DNA of 64,000 nt from an uncultured SAR86 cluster bacterium (GTDB taxonomy: Bacteria > Pseudomonadota > Gammaproteobacteria > Magnimaribacterales > AG-339-G14): the NCBI GenBank assembly GCA_949373255.1, contig CASICS010000008.1, positions 63,591 to 127,590 of the forward strand, written 5' to 3'. Below, in pieces: positions 19,707-29,080 of the stretch. The notes beneath the pieces are model-generated. The model was not told where the DNA came from. It worked only from the letters and a program-made list of their open reading frames with translations, and made no database searches. Numbering within the stretch: position 1 is the stretch's first letter; each line of letters opens with the position of its first letter. The position numbers were made by a program, and so were the translations under genes.

Positions 19707-21810
19707 ATTGAGCTGCAATTAAATTTTGTTTATGCCCAATCCATCTATTCATTAAAATATTCATTTCTTTCGGATAATTAGAGATAATATTTGCTAGCTC
19801 TTGAGCTTCTTCAAGATAATGTGCATCTCTAATAAGATCTGCGATTCGTAATTCCATTCCGCCAGATTGTTTTGTGCCTAAAATTTCTCCAGAACCTCTT
19901 AATTTCATATCTATTTCAGAGATTTCAAAGCCATCGTTAGTTTTCTTCATTGCTGACATTCTTGCTTCCGCTATATCTCCAAGACTCCCTTGGTAAAGCA
20001 GAACACAATGAGCATTCATATCTGGACCTCTTCCAACTCTACCTCTAAGTTGATGGAGTTGAGATAACCCAAGACGTTCAGCATTTTCAATTATCATTAG
20101 GCTTGCATTAGGTACATCCATTCCAACCTCAATAACTGTCGTACAAACTAAAACATTTGTTTTGCCTTTTCGAAAATCTTCGATAGCTAAATCTTTTTCT
20201 AATTTATTGAGCTTACTGTGAACCAATCCAATATTTAAATTCTTACTTTTTTTCTCTATCCATTCTTTAGCAGATTCTGCAGCCTGAACATCCAAGCTTT
20301 CTGATTCTTCGATCATAGTGCATAGCCAAAAGGCTTGATTTCCATCTTTACAAATAACCTCTAGACGCTCAATTAAATTATCTCTTTTATCATTAGACAT
20401 TACAGAAGTTATGACAGGATTTCTTCCAGGAGGCATTTCATCTATTTTAGAAACACTGAGATCTGCAAATATTGTCATTGCTAGAGTTCTAGGGATTGGC
20501 GTTGCCGTCATAAATAATTGATGAGGTAAAAGATTATCATTAGTTTTTTGTAGCATCTCATATCTTTGTTTGACACCAAATCTTTGTTGCTCATCGACAA
20601 CTATTAAAGAGAGATTATTCATTTTAACTCTTTCTTGAAATACAGCATGAGTACCTATGAGAATTTTTATCTCTCCCGATTTAAGTTTTTTATCAATTAA
20701 TTCCCATTCCTTTTTTTTTGTTTTTCCAGTTAATAATTCCACACTTATTTTTTCATCTTCAAACCAATTAGAAAAATTTTTGAAATGTTGTTCAGCTAGA
20801 ACTTCAGTAGGACAAAGCAGAACAGACTGTAAATTATTTTTTGCACAAGTTAGCATGGCACCAGCAGCCACAACAGTTTTTCCAGAACCAACATCACCTT
20901 GTACTAGTCTCCTCATGGGTTTAGCGTTCATGATATCTTTTTGAATTTCGTTAATTACTCTTTGTTGAGCGTTGGTAAGGGAGAAGGGCAGTTTTTTATA
21001 AAAGCCTTTTAGAGTTTTCTCCTCACTCTTAACTAAAGGCGCAGTCATTCTATCTATTTTGTCGGTTGAAATTTTTACGCCTATTAAATTTGTAACAAGC
21101 TCTTCAATAATTAATCTTTTTTGTGCAGGATGTTCAAAGTTTTTTATTTTTAAAATATCATCTTCAATAGATGGGTTGTGGATAATTTTTAGAGCATCTT
21201 TGATATTAAGATCTGAAATTTCTTTTTTTAAAAAAATATTATCTATTTCTTCTTCTTCTAAATTAGATTCATTTATTTGTTTTAGGCAATTAGAAATAAC
21301 CGTTCTTAATCTATATTGAGTTATCTTATTTGACCCAAGTGAGTATATGGGAGTGAGCGTATCATCTAACGGAGGGCTAAATTTAGAGTTAAATATTTTA
21401 TAACTTGGATGAATAACTTCTAATTTATTTCCTGAATTTCTTATTACGCCATAAATTCTGACCGACATCCCTTTTTCAAAAGATTTTGCTTGAGCTTGAG
21501 AAAAAAAGAAAAGTCTAATTTGCAAGTATCCAGTGCCGTCAGTAATTTTTGCATAAAAAGATCTTCTGCCTGGATAATAAACTTTACTTTCAACAATTTC
21601 TCCTTCTACTTGGTATGCCTGCCCGGGCAAAATATCTCTAATAGAAGTTAATTTTGTTCTATTTTCATAATTTCTCGGAAGCATAAATAAAGCATCTTCC
21701 ACATATTTTATACCTAGGTTTTCAAGTTGCTCCTTAACCTTAGGACCAACGCCTTTTATATTATCAATAGGAGACTTTAAAGAATTAGTCGTCACTATTT
21801 TTGAAAGCAA
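19705..21810 (-). CDS. recG: ATP-dependent DNA helicase RecG
   Basis: 701 aa; wedge/OB N-terminus, Walker A GDVGSGKT, DEQQRFG, QLRGRVGRG. Confidence 0.95.
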   Translation of the reverse strand: MLSKIVTTNSLKSPIDNIKGVGPKVKEQLENLGIKYVEDALFMLPRNYENRTKLTSIRDILPGQAYQVEGEIVESKVYYPGRRSFYAKITDGTGYLQIRLFFFSQAQAKSFEKGMSVRIYGVIRNSGNKLEVIHPSYKIFNSKFSPPLDDTLTPIYSLGSNKITQYRLRTVISNCLKQINESNLEEEEIDNIFLKKEISDLNIKDALKIIHNPSIEDDILKIKNFEHPAQKRLIIEELVTNLIGVKISTDKIDRMTAPLVKSEEKTLKGFYKKLPFSLTNAQQRVINEIQKDIMNAKPMRRLVQGDVGSGKTVVAAGAMLTCAKNNLQSVLLCPTEVLAEQHFKNFSNWFEDEKISVELLTGKTKKKEWELIDKKLKSGEIKILIGTHAVFQERVKMNNLSLIVVDEQQRFGVKQRYEMLQKTNDNLLPHQLFMTATPIPRTLAMTIFADLSVSKIDEMPPGRNPVITSVMSNDKRDNLIERLEVICKDGNQAFWLCTMIEESESLDVQAAESAKEWIEKKSKNLNIGLVHSKLNKLEKDLAIEDFRKGKTNVLVCTTVIEVGMDVPNASLMIIENAERLGLSQLHQLRGRVGRGPDMNAHCVLLYQGSLGDIAEARMSAMKKTNDGFEISEIDMKLRGSGEILGTKQSGGMELRIADLIRDAHYLEEAQELANIISNYPKEMNILMNRWIGHKQNLIAAQ

Positions 21811-22171
21811 TAGTTTCTATTTCAATAGAGCTATTTTTAGGTAGCTTAGATACTTCATAAGCAGCTCTTGCCGGGTAAGGCTCAGTTAATATTTCCGACA
21901 TTATTTCGTTAACTAAAGAAAAGTTTTCCAAATCATCTAATAGGACATTTAACTTAATAACATTAGAAAAGTCCATTCTAGCTTCTTCCAAAATAGCTAA
22001 AATATTTTTAAAAACTTGTCTAATTTGATTCTCTATTCCGTCAACTAGCTCCATAGATTCAGGCTCAAGAGGAATTTGTCCAGATATAAATAAAAAATTA
22101 TCAGCTAAAACTGCTTGAGAATATGTCCCGATAGCAGAGGGAGCATTAGAAGAAGAAATTATTTTTTTCAT
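21785..22171 (-). CDS. ridA: RidA family reactive-intermediate deaminase
   Basis: 128 aa from ATG 22171 (MKKIISSSNAPSAIGTYSQAV...); YjgF/RidA motifs (PARAAYEV). The ORF-track start at 22183 is a GTG overlapping spoT. Confidence 0.85.
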   Translation of the reverse strand: MKKIISSSNAPSAIGTYSQAVLADNFLFISGQIPLEPESMELVDGIENQIRQVFKNILAILEEARMDFSNVIKLNVLLDDLENFSLVNEIMSEILTEPYPARAAYEVSKLPKNSSIEIETIAFKNSDD

Positions 22172-22172
22172 T

Positions 22173-24323
22173 TTAATGAGCACTCCTTAATTGGGTTTGA
22201 TTTTGATTGTGTATTCTAGAAACCGATAAAACTTGTTTAAGTCTTCTAATACGCCTCATAACTCTAGCTAAATGGATTCTATCTACAACATCTAAAATAA
22301 TATACATCTGAACACTGTTTCCTACTGGAGGGTCCATTCTAAAACTTTCTATATTTGAGCCAATGTCTGAAATAGAAGCCGAAATCTCTGCAAGTAAACC
22401 TGGTCTATCTTCAGATAAAACCTTAATCTCAACTGGGAATTCACCCTCAACTTTAGACTCCCATTTAACTGGCGAACAATGAGCGGGATCCTTTCTGATA
22501 GAAACCATATTCTTGCATCTCTCAGTATGAATAACTATGCCTTTGATATTAGAATTGTGAGCGATGATATTATCTCCAGGAATAGGTTTGCAACAAGCAG
22601 CATAAGTAATAATTAACCCTTCTGAACCACTAATTTTAATATTTGAAAATTCAATTAAATCTTTTTGATCATAATCAAGGAATTGAATTATTTGGTTTGC
22701 AACAACTAAACTAGATCTCTGACCAGAGCCTATTTGTTCTAACAATTCTCTGATACTCACCACATTAATAGAATCTAAAAGCTTACTCATTCTTTCTTTT
22801 GGAACGTTTCTTAATTTAATGCCGTGAGGTGAAAGAGATTGCTCCAAAAGAGCTTTACCAAATTTTCTAGACTCTGAAGATTTAAAGTTTCTCATGGAAT
22901 GTCTTATGGCACTCCTTGCTTTTGAGGTTCTTACAAACTCTAACCAAGCAGGATTTGACTGGGGATATTTATCTGTAATTATACTTACAGTCTGACCACT
23001 TTCCAAAGGAACACTTAAAGGAGCTAAATTTTTATTTATTCTGCATCCTTTGCAGTGAATACCAACATCTGAATGAACCGCAAAAGCAAAATCTAGTGGA
23101 GTTGATTCTTTAGGGAGTTCAATAATATCTCCTCTTGGAGTAAAAACGTATATTTCGTTTGGTACCAAACCTGTTTTAACAACTTCTATAAAATCTTGAG
23201 GATCTTCAACAGTTTTTTGAACTTCCATCAAAGTGTTTACCCATCTCCTTGCTCTAGATTGAGCTGGATTATCTTTTTGACCGGTCTTATAAAACCAATG
23301 GGCTGCGACACCAAACTCAGCTAGTTCATCCATATCATTTGTTCTTATTTGAATCTCAACTGGCAGGCCATCAAAGGTCATGATCCCTGTATGAAGCGAT
23401 TGATAAGAATTAGATTTTGGTATGGCTATATAATCTTTAAATCTTCCTTCTATTGGCTTAAATGCATTATGCAAAATACCCAATGCTTTATAACAATCCA
23501 TGGAGTCTTCTAAGGTTATTTTGAAAGCGTAAACATCTAATACTTCTTCTAAAGATTTAGATTGTTTTTTCATTTTTTTAAATATACCGTATAAGTGTTT
23601 TCTCCTGCCACTAACCTGACACAATAAATCATATTCCAGCATTTTTTCTTGAATCGAAGATTCAATTTTAGTGAGTATTTTTTTCCTTCCCCGAGTTTTT
23701 TTACTTATTGCATCTTTTAAAACCTTGCTTCTATATGGATTTAATACTTGAAATGCAAGATCTTCTAGTTCTCTATAAATCTGATGCATTCCCAATCTGT
23801 GTGCAATTGGAGCATATATTTCTATAGTTTCTTGCGATATTCGTTTTTGCCTTTCAATACTTAGAAAGTTGAGAGTTCGCATATTGTGAAGTCTGTCCGC
23901 TAATTTTAAAACTATAACTCTTATATCTTGAGACATAGCTAAAACCATTTTTTGGAAATTTTCTGCTTGCTCTTCTTTTTTTGAATTTAAAGAAATTTTA
24001 TCTAATTTACTTACACCATCGACTAATTCTGCAACATTAGAGTTGAATTCTTTCTTAAGAAATGATTTTGGTATTCCAGAGTCCTCTATAACATCATGAA
24101 GCATCGCAGCGGTCAGACAATCTTCATCCATTTGGAATTCAGCAAGAATTTCAGCCACAGCAACTGGATGAGATACATAAGGATCTCCGCTAGAGCGGAA
24201 TTGACCTGAATGAGCATTAGAAGCGTACAAATATGCTTTGTTAACTTGTTCAAGCTGACTAGTATTTAAATATTCGCTTAAATTATTATTAAGCCTGTTA
24301 ATAGCTTTTTTCTTTGCAACCAT
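22173..24323 (-). CDS. spoT: Bifunctional (p)ppGpp synthetase/hydrolase SpoT/Rel
   Basis: HD hydrolase domain (SHPVAVAEIL...LHDVIEDS), synthetase domain (YQSLHT), TGS and ACT regions. Position after rpoZ as in gmk-rpoZ-spoT. ATG 24323 preferred over TTG 24332. Confidence 0.9.
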   Translation of the reverse strand: MVAKKKAINRLNNNLSEYLNTSQLEQVNKAYLYASNAHSGQFRSSGDPYVSHPVAVAEILAEFQMDEDCLTAAMLHDVIEDSGIPKSFLKKEFNSNVAELVDGVSKLDKISLNSKKEEQAENFQKMVLAMSQDIRVIVLKLADRLHNMRTLNFLSIERQKRISQETIEIYAPIAHRLGMHQIYRELEDLAFQVLNPYRSKVLKDAISKKTRGRKKILTKIESSIQEKMLEYDLLCQVSGRRKHLYGIFKKMKKQSKSLEEVLDVYAFKITLEDSMDCYKALGILHNAFKPIEGRFKDYIAIPKSNSYQSLHTGIMTFDGLPVEIQIRTNDMDELAEFGVAAHWFYKTGQKDNPAQSRARRWVNTLMEVQKTVEDPQDFIEVVKTGLVPNEIYVFTPRGDIIELPKESTPLDFAFAVHSDVGIHCKGCRINKNLAPLSVPLESGQTVSIITDKYPQSNPAWLEFVRTSKARSAIRHSMRNFKSSESRKFGKALLEQSLSPHGIKLRNVPKERMSKLLDSINVVSIRELLEQIGSGQRSSLVVANQIIQFLDYDQKDLIEFSNIKISGSEGLIITYAACCKPIPGDNIIAHNSNIKGIVIHTERCKNMVSIRKDPAHCSPVKWESKVEGEFPVEIKVLSEDRPGLLAEISASISDIGSNIESFRMDPPVGNSVQMYIILDVVDRIHLARVMRRIRRLKQVLSVSRIHNQNQTQLRSAH

Positions 24324-24363
24324 AGTTAGCAAAGTTTAACAAATAAGGGATTTAACTAAAGGT

Positions 24364-24624
24364 TTAGACTTCGTCGTCTGATATTAGCTGTTCTGAAAGC
24401 TCTTCTTCGAGAGCGTCAAAATTAAAGCTATCGATGTTTTCAAATGTAACAGTTCCAGCTGCAATTTCTCTTAAAGCTATTACAGTGGGCTTGTCATCTT
24501 CAGGATCGACAGTAGGCTCTCTTCCATCAACAGCTAGCTGTTTGACTCTTTTAACAGCAAGCTTGACCATTTCATAACGATTTGGAATCTTTTTTAAACA
24601 GTCTTCTACAGTAATTCTAGCCAT
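24364..24624 (-). CDS. rpoZ: RNA polymerase omega subunit
   Basis: 86 aa; [20 protein letters not shown]... Confidence 0.9.
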   Translation of the reverse strand: MARITVEDCLKKIPNRYEMVKLAVKRVKQLAVDGREPTVDPEDDKPTVIALREIAAGTVTFENIDSFNFDALEEELSEQLISDDEV

Positions 24625-24662
24625 AATATTTTTAGAAAGGGATTCTACTCAATTAAACAAGA

Positions 24663-25286
24663 TTAAGCTAGTAAGTTATCAATCAATTCGGAAGAGACTC
24701 TTGATTTAAAAATATCAGGATTTTCTCTTTGAAAAATAATAGTTTTTAACTCTTCCAAAGCCCTTGCAAAATCATCGTTCAGTACCAAGTAATCAGAATC
24801 AAGACTTTTAGAAATTTCTAGTTTCGCTTCAGCGAGTCTAATGATTATTGACTCCTCAGAATCTAAACCTCTCTTAATCAATCTATATTTAAGATCCTCA
24901 TAAGAGGGCGGCAATAAAAAAATAGATAAAGAATCTGGAAATATTTTTTTTATATTTTTAGCCCCTTGCCAATCTATTTCTAAAAAAACATTATGAGAGT
25001 TCAATTTTGAATTAATTAAACTTTTATCAGTTCCATAATAGTTTTCAAAAACTTTCGCATATTCAAGAAAATCTCCTTTATCTATCTTTTTTTTAAAAAC
25101 TTTTTCATCTATAAAAAAATAATCTTTTCCTTCAAGGTCTCCTTTTCTTTTCTGCCTTGTTGTATGAGATATAGACATCCATAATGAATTTGCTCTAGGA
25201 TCTTTAAATAAAGACTTGATCAAACTAGTTTTTCCTCCACCAGAAGGACTAGAAATTATAAAAAGTTTGTGGCGATTTTCATTCAT
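24663..25286 (-). CDS. gmk: Guanylate kinase
   Basis: 207 aa; P-loop SSPSGGGKTSL, SHTTRQKR, EIDWQGA. Confidence 0.9.
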   Translation of the reverse strand: MNENRHKLFIISSPSGGGKTSLIKSLFKDPRANSLWMSISHTTRQKRKGDLEGKDYFFIDEKVFKKKIDKGDFLEYAKVFENYYGTDKSLINSKLNSHNVFLEIDWQGAKNIKKIFPDSLSIFLLPPSYEDLKYRLIKRGLDSEESIIIRLAEAKLEISKSLDSDYLVLNDDFARALEELKTIIFQRENPDIFKSRVSSELIDNLLA

Positions 25287-25316
25287 AAGTGCAAGAATCT
25301 TTAAAAATTAGATTAT

Positions 25317-25871
25317 ATGCAACCTTTCCTAGAAAAAGCTATCGAATTAGAGGCACTAAAGTTTGGAGACTTTACATTAAAGTCAGGCTTAAAGAGCTCA
25401 TATTTTTTTGATATATCAGAATTCTTTAAAAACGACGCTCTTAAAATGCTGTCTGATTTATATGTAGAGAAAATCATTGAAGAAGACTTAGTTTTTGATG
25501 TAATTTTTGGGCCCGCTTACAAGGGTATTCCTTTAGCTAGCGCAGTAGGCATAAGTTATTATGAAAAAACAGGACAATCAATAGATTTAGTCTTTGATAG
25601 AAAAGAGATAAAAGATCATGGAGAGGGTGGAAATATAATAGGAAACTTAAATTCTAAAAATGTTTTGATCATAGATGATGTTTTGACTGCTGGGACTGCT
25701 ATAAAAAATAGTTTAGAAGTTTTAAAGACTCAAAAAGCATCCTTAGTTGGAGTTATAGTTGCCTTAGATAGAGAAGAAAAAAACGAATCTAACGTTTCTT
25801 ATAGAGAAAACTTAGAAAAAGATGGAATTCAAGTATATTCAATAGCAAAAATATCCGATTTAAAAAAATAA
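25317..25871 (+). CDS. pyrE: Orotate phosphoribosyltransferase (short form)
   Basis: 184 aa; FGDFTLKSGLKSSYFFD, GPAYKGIPLA, PRPP motif VLIIDDVLTAGTA. Confidence 0.85.
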   Translation: MQPFLEKAIELEALKFGDFTLKSGLKSSYFFDISEFFKNDALKMLSDLYVEKIIEEDLVFDVIFGPAYKGIPLASAVGISYYEKTGQSIDLVFDRKEIKDHGEGGNIIGNLNSKNVLIIDDVLTAGTAIKNSLEVLKTQKASLVGVIVALDREEKNESNVSYRENLEKDGIQVYSIAKISDLKK

Positions 25872-25872
25872 A

Positions 25873-26469
25873 ATGTTTACTGGAATAATTCAATCTATTT
25901 CTCTTGATTCAAGTTTTGAGTACAAGGAATTTGGTGCAACCTTAACCTTAAGTGTGGCGAAAGATTTTAATGATAATTTAAAGGTAGGGGATAGTGTCGC
26001 TGTAAATGGAGTCTGTTTAACAGTAACAAGTTTTACTGATAATTCTATTTGCTTTGACATAATTCATGAGTCTTTGAAATTAACCAATCTGAATGATAAT
26101 TATAGAAAAATTCCTTTCAATTTAGAACGATCTTTAAAAATGGGAGATGAGATTGGAGGACATATAGTTTCTGGCCATGTTCATGAAATCGCAGAAGTAA
26201 AAACTTTTACTGATGATAAAGAAAGGGTATTAACCATCAATAAGGCAGACAACTTTAAAGAATATATTTTTCAAAAGGGATATGTGGCTGTTAACGGCAT
26301 TAGTCTTACTGTTTCTAATTTAAATGAAGATAATTTTAGCGTTTCAATAATTCCTGAAACTATTAAAGCAACAAACCTTTCTCTTTTAAAGCCAGGAGAT
26401 TTTCTTAATATAGAGGCTGATCAGCAAACAATTGCCATCGTAGAGACGATAAAGAATATAAAAACTTAA
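25873..26469 (+). CDS. ribE: Riboflavin synthase (alpha chain)
   Basis: 198 aa; MFTGIIQ start and duplicated lumazine-binding repeats (GDSVAVNGVCLTV and GYVAVNGISLTV). Confidence 0.9.
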   Translation: MFTGIIQSISLDSSFEYKEFGATLTLSVAKDFNDNLKVGDSVAVNGVCLTVTSFTDNSICFDIIHESLKLTNLNDNYRKIPFNLERSLKMGDEIGGHIVSGHVHEIAEVKTFTDDKERVLTINKADNFKEYIFQKGYVAVNGISLTVSNLNEDNFSVSIIPETIKATNLSLLKPGDFLNIEADQQTIAIVETIKNIKT

Positions 26470-26915
26470 CTCAAAGCTTTTTTTACAGCTTGACTGATGA
26501 TTCCTGCATCTGCTTTTCCAGCAGAAAGTTCTTTCATTTTAGCCATTACCTTGCCCATATCTTTCATAGATTCAGCTTTTAAATCAGAGATAGTTTTTAA
26601 AACTAATTCAGAAACTTCTTCTTCACTCATTTGCTCGGGCATAAATTCTTGAATAATCTGAATCTCAAGCTTTTCTTTATCCGCTAATTCGGTTCTTCCT
26701 GCAGCTTCAAATTGATTAATAGAATCCTTTCTTTGCTTAATCATTTTTTCAAGGATTTGAAGGCATTCAATATCCTTGAGTTCAGATTTAATATTTATCT
26801 CTTCCGATTGAATTGCAGAAACTATCAGTCTTAAGGTAATAGTTCGGAATTTATTTCCACTTTTCATGGAAACAGTAACTTCGCTTTTGATGGAAGATCT
26901 TAAATCAACTGACAT
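26466..26915 (-). CDS. yqeY: GatB/YqeY domain protein
   Basis: 149 aa; helical YqeY-like sequence (ITLRLIVSAIQSEEI...GKADAGIISQAVKKAL). Directly downstream of rpsU, as I recall for Pseudomonas. Confidence 0.8.
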   Translation of the reverse strand: MSVDLRSSIKSEVTVSMKSGNKFRTITLRLIVSAIQSEEINIKSELKDIECLQILEKMIKQRKDSINQFEAAGRTELADKEKLEIQIIQEFMPEQMSEEEVSELVLKTISDLKAESMKDMGKVMAKMKELSAGKADAGIISQAVKKALS

Positions 26916-26929
26916 GTTTAGGGGGTTTT

Positions 26930-27148
26930 TTAGAATCTAGCTCTTAGAGGAGGCATGGTGCCCATTTTACGCCTTTTAGAAGCTCTTTTAACAGCAGCAG
27001 CAGCCTTTCTCTTTTTTACAGCTGTAGGCTTTTCATAGAATTCTCTTTTTCTTACTTCTGCAATTACTCCAGATTTATCACAAGATCTTTTAAATCTTCT
27101 TAAACCTGCATCGAAGGATTCTGTTTCTTTTAATTTAATTATTGGCAT
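26930..27148 (-). CDS. rpsU: 30S ribosomal protein S21
   Basis: 72 aa; [42 protein letters not shown]. Confidence 0.95.
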   Translation of the reverse strand: MPIIKLKETESFDAGLRRFKRSCDKSGVIAEVRKREFYEKPTAVKKRKAAAAVKRASKRRKMGTMPPLRARF

Positions 27149-27201
27149 ATTTTTCTATAAGAGCGCAATTCTATCGATGAATTCTATTTTTTGCAAAATA
27201 T

Positions 27202-27229
27202 TTAGAAGTCTTTTTCTATCTGGTAGAAT
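27202..27229 (+). promoter_or_regulatory. Candidate sigma-70 promoter for tsaD (-35 TTAGAA, 16-nt spacer, extended -10 TGGTAGAAT)
   Basis: TTAGAA at 27202-27207; TG at 27221-27222; TAGAAT at 27224-27229. The ATG of tsaD is at 27236 with no Shine-Dalgarno sequence between. Confidence 0.3.
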
Positions 27230-27235
27230 TTTCGC

Positions 27236-28258
27236 ATGATTATATTAGGAATAGAAACATCTTGTGATGAGACTGGAATTGCCTTGTATGATAGAAAAAA
27301 TAAAAAAATCATATTTGAAGCTCTTTATAGTCAAGCTGATCAACACAGTCTTTATGGTGGAGTAGTCCCAGAATTAGCAGCAAGAGATCACGTTAATAGA
27401 TTGTTACCTCTTTTAAAAAGGAAGATATCTTCAAATAAATTTAAGTTGAAGGATATTGATGCTATTGCTTATACGAAGGGACCAGGTTTGAGAGGCCCAT
27501 TGATGGTAGGAACTGCTTTTTCTAAAGCTCTAGCATTCTCTTTGGATATTCCTACTTTTCCAATTCATCATATGGAGGCTCACTTAATTATGGCTAAATT
27601 TGATGCACCTAAATTAACTTATCCGTTTATAAGTCTTTTAGTATCAGGAGGTCATTCTTTATTGGCTAAAGTTAAATCGCCGGGAAACTATCAAATTATT
27701 GGAGAATCAATTGATGATGCTGTGGGCGAAGCTTTTGATAAAACTGCAAAATTATTAGGCTTAAAATATCCTGGAGGTCCAGAAATTGAAAGAGTTTCAA
27801 AACAAGGCAACTTAACCCAATTGATTTTCCCAAGGCCTATGCTTAAATCTAAAAACTTAAATTTTAGTTTTAGTGGTCTTAAGACGGCAGTTTTATATGA
27901 AGTAAGACGACAACAGGAAGCTGATTCTCTCGATCAACAAAAGGTTGCTGATATCGCCTTGGCTTTTCAAGATGCCGCTATTGAGTGTTTGGTTGAAAAA
28001 TCTATTAAGGCTATGTATCAAGAAGAATGCAATCAATTGGTTTTGTCAGGCGGAGTAGCTGCAAATTTATCTTTACGAAATTCCTTCAAAAACAAACTAA
28101 CCGAAAGCCAAAGTATTTTTTATCCAGATATGTCTCACTGTACCGATAATGGAGTTATGATTGCATTTGCTGGAGCTGAAAAATTACATTTTCAAAATGA
28201 AGGTCATAAAATTGAAGTCAATCCGCGATGGAGTCTAGAGGCATTAAATGAAAGATAA
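27236..28258 (+). CDS. tsaD: tRNA N6-adenosine threonylcarbamoyltransferase TsaD
   Basis: 340 aa; ILGIETSCDETGIALYD, HHMEAH, SGGVAAN. Divergent from rpsU as in E. coli. Confidence 0.95.
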   Translation: MIILGIETSCDETGIALYDRKNKKIIFEALYSQADQHSLYGGVVPELAARDHVNRLLPLLKRKISSNKFKLKDIDAIAYTKGPGLRGPLMVGTAFSKALAFSLDIPTFPIHHMEAHLIMAKFDAPKLTYPFISLLVSGGHSLLAKVKSPGNYQIIGESIDDAVGEAFDKTAKLLGLKYPGGPEIERVSKQGNLTQLIFPRPMLKSKNLNFSFSGLKTAVLYEVRRQQEADSLDQQKVADIALAFQDAAIECLVEKSIKAMYQEECNQLVLSGGVAANLSLRNSFKNKLTESQSIFYPDMSHCTDNGVMIAFAGAEKLHFQNEGHKIEVNPRWSLEALNER

Positions 28259-28601
28259 AGTTTTTATAGAAGATCTAAAGGTCGAAACCATTATTGGAAT
28301 ATTTGGCTGGGAGAGAAAAGTAAGACAAGAGGTGAATATAAGTTTGGAGATGGAATTTGATATCAGTAAAGCATCAAAGTCGGATGAAATTATAGATGCA
28401 TTGGATTATAAAAAAATAGGCAAGGCCGTTATAAATTTATTAGAAAAATCTTCATTTTTTTTGGTAGAAAAAATGGCTGAAGAAATAGCCAATCTAGTCC
28501 TGAAAAATAAACAAGTAGACTCGGTAATGGTAACGGCATCTAAACCGGGTGCTTTAAGAGGATCAAAATCTGTAGGAGTTAAAATTTTTAGAAAGAATTA
28601 A
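28248..28601 (+). CDS. folB: Dihydroneopterin aldolase
   Basis: 117 aa; VFIEDLKVETIIGIFGWER...DYKKI. Confidence 0.85.
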   Translation: MKDKVFIEDLKVETIIGIFGWERKVRQEVNISLEMEFDISKASKSDEIIDALDYKKIGKAVINLLEKSSFFLVEKMAEEIANLVLKNKQVDSVMVTASKPGALRGSKSVGVKIFRKN

Positions 28602-28603
28602 AT

Positions 28604-29080
28604 ATGGAAATTTCAATTAGTTTAGGTAGCAACATAGAGCCTTTATTAAATATAAAAAAAGCTCAAAAACTTATATCAAATAAATTTAATGTTCTTAAAT
28701 CATCTAGTTTGTATTCAAGTAATGCCGAGGGTTTTATAGGCAGTTTTTTTATCAATCAAGTTATTGTTTGTGATACAAAATTTTCTTTCAAAGAATCGAT
28801 AAAAATATTAAAGGACATAGAAAAAATTTTGGGTAGGCAAGAAAGTGGTGAAAAATTTTCTAATCGAGTAATAGATTTAGATTTACTTACTTATGGCGAT
28901 GAGAGGATAAATGAAATTGGTAAAGAAGTACCTCACAAAGATATTGAAGAATACGCTTTTGTATTGGTTCCTTTATGTGAAATAAGCCCAAATAACATTC
29001 ATCCAAGTTTGAATATTAGTTTCAAAGAATTATTAAAAACTAAAGAAAATTTTCTTAACAAAGTTAATAAATTAGATTAA
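28604..29080 (+). CDS. folK: 2-amino-4-hydroxy-6-hydroxymethyldihydropteridine pyrophosphokinase
   Basis: 158 aa; ISLGSNIEP, RVIDLDLL, FVLVPLCEI motifs. Follows folB. Confidence 0.85.
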   Translation: MEISISLGSNIEPLLNIKKAQKLISNKFNVLKSSSLYSSNAEGFIGSFFINQVIVCDTKFSFKESIKILKDIEKILGRQESGEKFSNRVIDLDLLTYGDERINEIGKEVPHKDIEEYAFVLVPLCEISPNNIHPSLNISFKELLKTKENFLNKVNKLD

